Part shown: piece after piece, positions 19,013-28,200 of the stretch
Layout: the number at the start of each line of letters is the position of its first letter
Position numbering within the stretch: position 1 is the stretch's first letter
Source: a virus
Virus record (IMG/VR): IMGVR_UViG_3300028388_003908
Location: 79,152-143,151 of that record
DNA length: 64,000 nt
Reading direction: 5' to 3' (one strand)
The notes under the pieces: generated by a model
What the model was told of the DNA's origin: nothing
Seen by the model: the letters and a program-made list of their open reading frames with translations, nothing else
Database searches by the model: none
Translations under genes and position numbers: made by a program

Positions 19013-20204
19013 CGAAAAAAGTCTCCTTATTCCAAAGAGGCTCGGGCGCGTTACCTTTTGACCATATAAAGACAGGCTCACAGAAGATGTAATCCGAATC
19101 GTGCTTCCCCTCTGCGTCAGGTCGCTTGTTCATCTTATACCCTAAGACACCCTCATAGGTAGCACCTAAACTCTCCATGTGAGAGAACATCGGGGAGCAT
19201 ATATCCACGCCCTTCTTGTCTGCGATATTAACCGCAATACGACCGCCTTCTTTGAGTGCGCCCCATACGTTGGTTAATGTCGGCTTCAAAAAACCTTCTG
19301 TCCAAGCGTCTGAGGACTTGTATCTCTGCCAGCTCTGAGTGCTCTCTGTCGAGTATTTTTCGATATTAAAGTAAGGCGGTGACGTGAAGATAAAATCTAC
19401 CTCAACACCGGACAGATCTGTATCTTCGGCAGGGGAACAAAACAGCTTTACAGGCTTGCCCGTATCGCAATATCGCGTGATCGCTTGATAGTGAGGGTGC
19501 ATCTTTGAGTTAGGGTCAATACCCGTATAAGAACGAGCGCTTGATGCGTGAAAACCTACAAGACGATCACCCCAACCCGAGCTAAAATCCAATACGTCCT
19601 TTGCGCGGAAAAACTCGTAGAACGCTTTAGCGACAGCAGGCTTAAATTGGCTCGCCAAGTAGGTGTGCATCTTGAGAGAATCAAAAAGTGATTTCTGATA
19701 AAGCCCCTTCTTACGGACAATCTCGTCCATAAGACCAAAGCTACAGCGCAGGAAGGTGCTCCCCTTGTCGGGCGCGTTATGCCATTCATCCCAAGGAGAA
19801 TCTCCGTGTGCGGATCCGCATTTGACGCGCTCGGATTGAGCAAATTGATCTGACACCTTCATGCCATGTAGAGAGCCAGGGAAATAGATCTGTCTACCGA
19901 GATACTTGTACTCAAAATCCACGACCTGCTTTGGGGCGTGCCAAGGCGCTTCGATATACTCGGAGTAAAAGCCGTTCCGAACAACATTCCAATCTTTGCG
20001 GACAGCTTCTGCGTCAAGGTGACGTAAAGGAAAACGAGGTTGATGTAATCTCATCTGCTCCTTGAGATAATCAATAATCTCCTTCTTCTCAAAGCGATCT
20101 CTCATCTCATTCCATTGAGCGGGCTTAATCAAAAGCTCACCGTTGTGAATGACCTGATATCCTTCAATCGTCTTAGGCTTTGGCTTCTCGTATTCAAAAA
20201 ACAT
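19002..20204 (-). CDS. SPPY-type amino-methyltransferase, paralog 1
   Basis: VLDFSSGWGDRL and FTSPPYF motifs. Confidence 0.87.
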   Translation of the reverse strand: MFFEYEKPKPKTIEGYQVIHNGELLIKPAQWNEMRDRFEKKEIIDYLKEQMRLHQPRFPLRHLDAEAVRKDWNVVRNGFYSEYIEAPWHAPKQVVDFEYKYLGRQIYFPGSLHGMKVSDQFAQSERVKCGSAHGDSPWDEWHNAPDKGSTFLRCSFGLMDEIVRKKGLYQKSLFDSLKMHTYLASQFKPAVAKAFYEFFRAKDVLDFSSGWGDRLVGFHASSARSYTGIDPNSKMHPHYQAITRYCDTGKPVKLFCSPAEDTDLSGVEVDFIFTSPPYFNIEKYSTESTQSWQRYKSSDAWTEGFLKPTLTNVWGALKEGGRIAVNIADKKGVDICSPMFSHMESLGATYEGVLGYKMNKRPDAEGKHDSDYIFCEPVFIWSKGNAPEPLWNKETFFDVF

Positions 20205-20246
20205 ACACGTCCTTACGCGGGTTTGGGTTGTCTCTCTTAGATTATC

Positions 20247-21755
20247 TCAAGCGTCATTTAGCGCGTCATCTAGAGGATCTTTAGGTCCGGCTGCACCACC
20301 GAGATTAAAGCTCTGAACCATGTTCAAGATTCTACCGGACGGCCAGACCGTCTGCGCTTCAAAAGGATCAAAAGGAGCTTGATCGCGTGACTTCAAGCAC
20401 TGATATTTAATCGTGCCTTTCTCTCTCATGTCGTCACCATACCAAGAAGCGATCACAACGTCTGCGGAGCGCTCTGCCTCGTTAGCGTAAGAAAGGTGAG
20501 TAAGATTGTAGTTACCGTTGTTCTTCTCGGCAGCCTTAAAGCCTTCACGGTTAATCTGAAAGAGACATAAGATAGGAATCCCCGCCCCTCGATTAAACCC
20601 GAGCGCTGTCTTTTTCAGATCTCGGATAACCTCGTTGAGCTTGTCTGTGGTAGATGTGGTTTTCATGCGCGATGACATGAGGAGCGCGTGATCGACCACA
20701 AGCGTCTTAAACGGATCCTTCTGCATGACCAACTCTGCCTTAGTGCGTAAATCCTCTACGGTGAAATCAAGAGAATCAGGATCGGCAACCTCAAAATGAA
20801 TCTTACCATAGACCCCCTCACGAACGCCTTCCTTGAGATCTTTGACCACCTCTTTCAGGAACATCTCCTCGTCATCATTTAGAGAGCCAGAGCGTATGCG
20901 CTGAGGATCAAGACCAATGTCGGGAGACTTAGCACCATGTATCCCGAGCGCGATTCTTAGCTCACGGAATTTAGGGTGCATAGTATGAAAGGATATGATC
21001 GCTCTACGACATTGGGAATAGTGCATCTCAAGGCTGAAATATAAGCACGAATGACCGCCAAAGACCGCCTGATTATAAACCCAATTAAGAGCGGTGCGTG
21101 ACTTCATGTGTCCCGTAAAGCCGGCGATGATGTAGAGCTCTTTACGTCTAAAACCTTCAAGCGCGTTGTCAATGATCTCAAGACCGGTATTGGGCAAAAT
21201 CTCTATGGTACGATCCTTTGCCTTCTGATACTCCTCAAAGAAATCCTCGTCATCGGTCATCGCCTCACCGCCGATGCGCGTACCGAACGTAGGGGTCATA
21301 ATGTTAGCAATCTTATTGCTCAGATGACGCCCTGCATCTCTCACCCCTCTTAGTTTGATCTTTTGACGACCGTCCTTGATCTCTAACCCCTGCTTAATGA
21401 TGGTCTTAGCATCATTCATGGCGTTAGAGATTTGAAGTATGCGAGCTTCCTCTACCTCGCGCTCGATCTCAGAGATGAAATCCCCACGATAAAGCACTGA
21501 TTTAAGGGCTCCGACCTGCTTTACGCGGTCTGCTTCATCATAATAGTTATTGCCCTCAAAATAGCTGGATAACGTGCTCTGTGTAGGGAGGTGACCGTGA
21601 GACAAGGTGAAATCGCAGATGTACTCATAAATCTGCTGATCCTCCTTCATGTCAAAACGGTAAATGCTCTCGCGTAGCGCGTTGAAATTACGGAACATCT
21701 GATCCGCGTCATCGCCCACTCTAGGCTCGGGTAAAATGGATCTCAAAATCTTCAT
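20247..21755 (-). CDS. DnaB-like replicative helicase
   Basis: Walker A-like AGFTGHMKS, YFSLEM, VVDH, QINREG and ERSAD motifs. Confidence 0.88.
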   Translation of the reverse strand: MKILRSILPEPRVGDDADQMFRNFNALRESIYRFDMKEDQQIYEYICDFTLSHGHLPTQSTLSSYFEGNNYYDEADRVKQVGALKSVLYRGDFISEIEREVEEARILQISNAMNDAKTIIKQGLEIKDGRQKIKLRGVRDAGRHLSNKIANIMTPTFGTRIGGEAMTDDEDFFEEYQKAKDRTIEILPNTGLEIIDNALEGFRRKELYIIAGFTGHMKSRTALNWVYNQAVFGGHSCLYFSLEMHYSQCRRAIISFHTMHPKFRELRIALGIHGAKSPDIGLDPQRIRSGSLNDDEEMFLKEVVKDLKEGVREGVYGKIHFEVADPDSLDFTVEDLRTKAELVMQKDPFKTLVVDHALLMSSRMKTTSTTDKLNEVIRDLKKTALGFNRGAGIPILCLFQINREGFKAAEKNNGNYNLTHLSYANEAERSADVVIASWYGDDMREKGTIKYQCLKSRDQAPFDPFEAQTVWPSGRILNMVQSFNLGGAAGPKDPLDDALNDA

Positions 21756-22432
21756 AGGTTAAACCTCTTCTTGCCGGTAGCGCCTTCATCGGACTTGCTC
21801 TGCTTATTATATCCCTTAACGAGAGGCACCGTCTCCCATCTACTTATGCTGTCCTCTAAAGAGCGCGACCAACACAGATGCCCTTCCTCTAAAGGTCGAT
21901 CTGGCTCGGTTACAATCCACATAGGCTTAGAGCAGTGGTCTCTTAGTGAGATCGCCTCGGTTAACACCTCAGGCATAGCTGAGTTACGAGCGCCCTTAAC
22001 CCCTAAGCGCACAATCAAGAGTGAGGGGGACTCTACCAAATCCTCTAATGAGGAGGCTCTTACATCACGGATAAAATCCGGATCGTAAATCTCCCGATTA
22101 GAGCTTGAGAGATTATTGAGCCATGCGCTCATAAGCGTAGCGTCTGATACGACCTTTACAAAGCGCATAGGCTTACGCTCATGCCACATCACCGTGCGTA
22201 CATGAGACGCTAGGTTTTCCTTCTCCCCCACCAAGACGATGTTCTTATAGAGATACTTGGTGAGTGGCGTTCTTTTCCTGACCTTAATATCACTCAAACC
22301 TGTCCAAGCTCGCTCGGCCTGAGCGTTAAGATCCTTCTCTACTCGACACTCACAAGGCACCGCTTGTGGTATCCCTAACGGGCCTCCATCTCGTTGGACA
22401 AACCCGTAATCCCCGCAGATTTCACACACCAT
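21752..22432 (-). CDS. DnaC/helicase-loader-like protein with N-terminal Zn finger and degenerate ATPase
   Basis: CEICG...CECR; Walker B position reads LLIVRLG; directly upstream of DnaB. Confidence 0.55.
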   Translation of the reverse strand: MVCEICGDYGFVQRDGGPLGIPQAVPCECRVEKDLNAQAERAWTGLSDIKVRKRTPLTKYLYKNIVLVGEKENLASHVRTVMWHERKPMRFVKVVSDATLMSAWLNNLSSSNREIYDPDFIRDVRASSLEDLVESPSLLIVRLGVKGARNSAMPEVLTEAISLRDHCSKPMWIVTEPDRPLEEGHLCWSRSLEDSISRWETVPLVKGYNKQSKSDEGATGKKRFNL

Positions 22433-22511
22433 GCGATCTTCCTTATCTGTCGATGTTTACTGCTCTCTTATACTACACACAAGAGCACCTAACACCGACA
22501 GACGAGAAAGG

Positions 22512-25187
22512 TTAAAACAGAATCGTAATGTCCTTGCCTTCATGGTAAATCTTGTAAGACAGCCCTTGATTGACTTGATCTCTCACCCAATAAGCAAGCT
22601 CTACCGCCTGCACCTCGCTAAGCTCTTTAACATGAAAAACCGAGACAGATGACGCGCTGTCTTCCACGTTAGCAGAATCCTCATTTTGAGCACTGAGGGC
22701 GGGAGGATTATCCTCGGATTCGATCTCCTCTTGCTTAAAGATCTCGACAAGAGATTCTGGCAGATCATAGACGCGCTCTCCCTTCTTATTGGTCGAGTAG
22801 CCTTTTCTCAGATCTTTGAGATCATAAGGCACCGTCCAATCTTTACCGATCTCTACGTCTACGAGCAGAGGTATGGGCCAACCCTGCGCTTTGATAGCGC
22901 TATTTCTCACCATCGTCTTACAGACAAAATCAATCGCCTCACCCATAATGCTCTCATGGATCTCAAAAACAATCTCATCATGTACGGTCAAGATCATGCG
23001 GAATTTATCCGACCAACCGCGCTTCTTAACCCCCTTATAGATGAGACCCATGGCGAGCTTGGTAATGTCAGCGCTCGTCCCCTGCACAGGAGAATTTACG
23101 CTCTTGCGCTCGTCTTTAGAACGTAGCTTACGCTCTTTACTATTGATCTCTGGCATAGGCAAGACACGTCCGAAAGCGGTCTTAACGAACTCGTTTTTAG
23201 ACGAAAACTTATGCTGATTCTGCCACCAACCATAGAGCGTTCGATACGTCTTGATGAACGTATTATATTTCTCCTCACCCTCTTGCTCTGAACACTCGAT
23301 AGTGCGAACCACAGCGCGACCGGTACCGCCATAACAGAGCGCAAAATTGCAACCCTTAGCGTTCTGACGTAGCGCCTTCCATTCCTTCTTCTGCTTAGAA
23401 TCTTCCCCATAAAAAGCCACCGCGGTGAGCGTGTGAATATCCCCAATCTTATCTGACCCGCAAGGACAGATGGGTGGGGTCGGTCTTGGGAAGCCCTCCT
23501 CGTCAAGCTCTTGAGGAAACGTATTATTGCAATCTGAACAACGGAAGAACTCTCGAATCCATTTAGGCTCTCGGGACAGATTTGTGATCAAGCGTAACTC
23601 TACACCGGCGTAGTCAATAGCAGCCAGCCACCACCCTTCCTCTCGCGCTCGGATGCAAGATCTCATCTCACGCACACACTCAGGCTTAGACATATCATAG
23701 GTCGCAGGGATGCCCTGAAAAGGTACGCGACAACCGCCGTCTCTTGTCTTCTTAGGGTCTTTAGTCACCTTACAAGAGAAGCGCCCTGTATCGGTCGCAA
23801 ACTGATCAAATTTAGGCTTTAGCGTACCATCGACCGCCACGTCTTCGATCATCGGCACAAGATACTGAGACAGCGCCTTGGCTAACTCACGATAACGCTT
23901 GATCTTAGCAAGGAAAGGATACTCGGACTCTAGGTCCTCGATGAAGCGGTCAAGCACCTCTGCACCTGTTGCTACTTGACCGGACGCACCGGTTGTCTTA
24001 AGACCGGGAATCTGAAGTTCACGAAAAAGCAAACCCAACTGCTGAGGACTCGCTACGTCATAGATATACGGAAAATCCACGTCCTCTCGATCTCCCTCTC
24101 TTAAAAGAGAAGGCACGTTAACGGTGATCTTCCTCTTTAAAAGAATCGACCTCTCCATGTCACTGCGATCATAACGCTCGCCCTCTTTACGCGCTTCATT
24201 TATACGCGATTTATAATTGAGTTGACCATCTCCAATCTCGTTATAATCAAAACGATTTTCCGTGTTTGAGATCTCGCCCTTCATTATCTTGATATATGTA
24301 GGCTCAATATCTCTGCCAAGCAGATCAGAAGCCCCCTTGTAGACCTCTAACAGAGAATCGAACCATTCCTTCTGACCGTCTCGGGCTAGCTTTAATGTAC
24401 GCTCTCGGTCGACATATACGCGGTTACGGTGCATCCAGCGCACTGATGTGGCGCACATCTTTTCCAAGCCGTAAAGGAAGGTCGTGTGCTCGGGCGCTTC
24501 TGTATAGCGCTTATCCATCACCTCCCAAATCCTCAACGTACAGAGAGGGTCAGCGGCCGCATACCATACGCAAGGCTCCCAAGAAGGATCTAATGTCGAG
24601 TAATCCTTCACGTCCTCAAAAATCAGCTCGTTAAGCTCGATCATCTCCATGTTGACAAGGGTTTTAGAGAGATATTTCAAACCCTTCTTGCCTTTAGTCC
24701 TAGAATCAAGAAGATAAGCTAGGATATGCGTATCTTCCCAACCGAGATGATTATCCCAACGCTCCTCTCCTAGAGGCTTGTGACCGTTAAACTCAAGAAA
24801 CTCTAAATCGAAACCCGAGTTGTGAACCACAGGACGCGCCTTAACCTCAGGGTCAAACAATCGAGTAAACTCTTGAGCAAATAAACGCCATGAGACGTTA
24901 TGTTCCGAACCCGCTGAGTGCGCTAACGGGAAATAATATGCCTTGTTCTTTGTCGGGGCGATGCCCACACCCACAATCGAATCGACCGTGCGCCCATCAA
25001 ATACTCGATTATCAAGACCGGTCGTCTCAAGGTCTAATCCGTAAACCCCTAAAGGGGCGTTGATACACTCATCTACAGCCTGCGATAGATTGTCTGCCGT
25101 ACCCAAGATCAACTGAATCTCAGGGTCTAACATCCAATCCTTGCGCTTCACGTCAGGTCGTGATAGCGCCTCAAACAATTCAAACAC
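22512..25187 (-). CDS. Family A DNA polymerase with 3'-5' exonuclease domain
   Basis: Exonuclease LDLETTG, HNSGFD, YAAAD; polymerase DYAGVELR, RQNAKGCNFALCYG, QGTSAD, TVHDE. Confidence 0.96.
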   Translation of the reverse strand: MFELFEALSRPDVKRKDWMLDPEIQLILGTADNLSQAVDECINAPLGVYGLDLETTGLDNRVFDGRTVDSIVGVGIAPTKNKAYYFPLAHSAGSEHNVSWRLFAQEFTRLFDPEVKARPVVHNSGFDLEFLEFNGHKPLGEERWDNHLGWEDTHILAYLLDSRTKGKKGLKYLSKTLVNMEMIELNELIFEDVKDYSTLDPSWEPCVWYAAADPLCTLRIWEVMDKRYTEAPEHTTFLYGLEKMCATSVRWMHRNRVYVDRERTLKLARDGQKEWFDSLLEVYKGASDLLGRDIEPTYIKIMKGEISNTENRFDYNEIGDGQLNYKSRINEARKEGERYDRSDMERSILLKRKITVNVPSLLREGDREDVDFPYIYDVASPQQLGLLFRELQIPGLKTTGASGQVATGAEVLDRFIEDLESEYPFLAKIKRYRELAKALSQYLVPMIEDVAVDGTLKPKFDQFATDTGRFSCKVTKDPKKTRDGGCRVPFQGIPATYDMSKPECVREMRSCIRAREEGWWLAAIDYAGVELRLITNLSREPKWIREFFRCSDCNNTFPQELDEEGFPRPTPPICPCGSDKIGDIHTLTAVAFYGEDSKQKKEWKALRQNAKGCNFALCYGGTGRAVVRTIECSEQEGEEKYNTFIKTYRTLYGWWQNQHKFSSKNEFVKTAFGRVLPMPEINSKERKLRSKDERKSVNSPVQGTSADITKLAMGLIYKGVKKRGWSDKFRMILTVHDEIVFEIHESIMGEAIDFVCKTMVRNSAIKAQGWPIPLLVDVEIGKDWTVPYDLKDLRKGYSTNKKGERVYDLPESLVEIFKQEEIESEDNPPALSAQNEDSANVEDSASSVSVFHVKELSEVQAVELAYWVRDQVNQGLSYKIYHEGKDITILF

Positions 25188-25203
25188 GTCTGCTCCTTAG
25201 CGA

Positions 25204-25247
25204 TAAGAGAGAGAGGCAAGCGCTTATTGGCTCACCCCTCTCTCTTA
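25204..25247 (-). terminator. Hairpin between tail sheath and DNA polymerase
   Basis: Inverted repeat taagagagag...ctctctctta. Confidence 0.4.
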
Positions 25248-25265
25248 TACTAAATCAGCAGATGA

Positions 25266-28200
25266 TTACACGGCGCTACGCACGTTGAACGTAAACTGGA
25301 TATAGAGGAGAGGGAACATCGGACGATAGTACGCCTCGATAAGAATCCCCGTTGGGTCCTCAGGATCCTGCGCTACGCTCACGCCGGTGAAGCTGTTGAT
25401 GATCTGCTCTGCAACCAATCTACGGAACATCTCATTAACGCGCCCCTCAATCTGATTGATCACAGCAGGCACAAACTTCTGACCGATATAATCGTTGGTC
25501 AGATTGCGCGCTCTCAGATGCACCTCGTCTGCGATCTGAATCACGGTAGGTGTCTTGGTCAGCGCGCTCGTCATGTCAGTGGTTAGACCATGACGGACAA
25601 CAATCTGTCCGCCTCTCTGTTGTAGCACGGTCACGCCAGAATTAGCTGTCTGATTCGCGTCCACAGCGTCAAGGTTGCGAGAGAGCGTATTGAAGCCAAG
25701 TACCTGCAAGCTCGTCCAAGGAGTCGCCACGTCAATCGTACCCGCGGTGGTCGCGGATGCGAGCGCTACTGCGAGATAACGACCATCTAGAAGATAGGTC
25801 TGAGAGACGCCCTGCACGTTCGTGATGGTTGACGAGACAATATCAGGATAAACAAGACGCACTCTTGAGTTCTTAGTAATAGACGCGAGACGCTGTGCTT
25901 CCTTAGGCTGTGTGCCAGCAGGGAAACCAACAATCGCTGTGCGCTCTGATCTATAACGCAAGCTAGACTGAATGTCACAATGACGTGACAGCTCAGTAAG
26001 AATAGCGTCATTAGCAGGGACGAGAGGCACGATAATAGAGGGAGAGAGACCGGTAAGGATCTCACCCTCAGACTCAGTAATCGAAGCGAGAATCTGAGCC
26101 GTTGTAAGCTCTGTCTCACCCTCCAACAAAGGCACCTGCTTAAGTGCAATCGCGCTCGCGCCATTCACAAAAGCGTAATAGGCTGCCATCGTCAGAGAGT
26201 TCTGAGGAGATATATCACCAAACTCTGCGATCACGTCCGAGATACGAGTAAACACCGCTGTGCCGAACACACTCTTATTACGGACAATATCGAGGTAATA
26301 AGTGCTACCGATAGAGGGCTCACGATTAACATCAATATCCCCCGCGTTGGCAAACGTCTCGACATAGACGGTCTCCCCAACGGTCACGCCTGACGTGTTC
26401 TCTACAATCAGAGACACACCAGGGATCACCTTCACAGGCAACGTGCTATTGGTCAAAATCGTCTTGCTAGACACAAAGGTCAAGGTCGCGTTCGCGCCTG
26501 TAGGATAACGCTGTCCGCCATCTCTCGCCAACACGGTGAGACGTAGCCCGGTCACGCTGTCCACATAGGTCTGACCAACAACACCATCTGCACCGGTCGC
26601 GCTCAAAACTGAGGTGCCCGCTGAACCTGAACCGGCAGGGTTATCCGAGGTCACGACAAAGCCTTGATAAGGCGCCTCGCCCACAACGCTGTCGCCAGCG
26701 TTAATGCCAAGACCGCTACCGATCTCATCTACGCCGGTTGAGCTACTAAAGGTGATGTTAGAATCAATCCCTACGTTCAAGCTCTCAAACGTCACATAAG
26801 AACGACCCGCCACGTCCTCAGTGAGATAGGTAATCCCATAAGTAGTGACGAAATCTCCTTGTAGCGCGCTCACGCTCTGAATGTCCGTTGAGAACATGAA
26901 GGCGCGTAGAGCAAGCTGACCGCCTTGAGCGAGATGAGAATTCAACGCGCTTGAGAAGGCTGACGCGCTCACAGCGCTGGTCGTAAACGTATCACCTGCG
27001 GTTAGAGAGAATCTGTCGTTAGCAGACCCCTCACCTACCTCGATGTAAGCGTTCACAGACACAGGCAAATGAGCGTGAATCAGATTACCGTTGACCACAG
27101 AGGTCGTACCGATAACAGAGTCGATCAAATCTGCGATCTGTTGGGCGCTTCTGGTCGTACCGTCTGCGTTACCGTCTAGTAGATCTATGTTGTGAGACTG
27201 ACCGTTGACCACAAGAGAGAGCAGATTATTTGCGCTCTCAGTGCCGGTGCCGTCATACAAGGTCACCCCTGCGAGAGATCCGCTCGTCTCGTCCCAACCC
27301 ATATCAAGGGTCAGAAGAATATCAAGCGAGCGTCCGAGAGGTGCAGAGGTCGCCACGGTACCTGCAACAAGACCACAAGCCTCTGCGAGATCCCCTCCGG
27401 AGACAACCTCAATGGTGTTTCTAGTGAGCGACACATAACGAGCACCTGCAACAAAGCGAGAGCGCAGAATCAAGCGATCTCTGAGGAACTGGTTATTACC
27501 ATCGCTAGTGTCGGTTGAGACGAAATCCGCAACGGGCAGAATACCGAACTTGCTCTGACTGCCATCTGCAATATCAACATCAACACCGATGACCTGAGCT
27601 AGATCATCCACGCTTGTGACGAACTCGATATATCCGTAAATGTCGGCAGCCGCCACATCCGTTAGTGTAAAGACCATGCGACCGATTGAATCGGCGGTCA
27701 CCTCAAGAGAGGTCGTGCCCGCTCCGTCATCAGAAATCACGCCATCAAAGACTGCCTGCAATTGATCTTGTATCTCTTGAGCAAGCTCGGCTGCCGTGTA
27801 TGAAGCATTCGGAATAGTCACGGTAACGTCTGTACGAGAGACAAGTCCTGCGCCCGTAATGCCTACATAAGACACGCTCAACTCATCATGGTCCCCCGCC
27901 ACAATGGTGACGCTATCAGAACCGAGAGCAGACATAGCGGTATAAGACGCTTCTACGCTCTGAGAGGCGACATTAATGGCGTTCACAAGGGTTGACACGT
28001 CACCCGCAGGATTGCTCACATTAACGCTCAAAGCCTGACCGTCAACCTCTAGAAGCAAGGTGCCGTCTAGATCGAGAGTCGTCCCGTTAGACGCTACGGT
28101 GTAATCAAGAGGAGCGCCTACAATGGTCGCCTTATTAATGCTGAGATCGAGATCAATCCCGTTAAGGGTTGTCGAGTCGATATCCATCTCAAAGCTCAGA

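Noticed and set aside
17812-19081. Similar N-terminal extensions (SLSLYGQK.TRPS.FGI) of methyltransferase ORFs 2 and 3
   Set aside because: They are alternate-frame shadows of the conserved 3' end of the preceding paralog; RBSs point to starts at 19012 and 17811.
14738-20204. Complete restriction-modification system
   Set aside because: No restriction endonuclease is recognisable in the cluster; orphan methyltransferases fit better.
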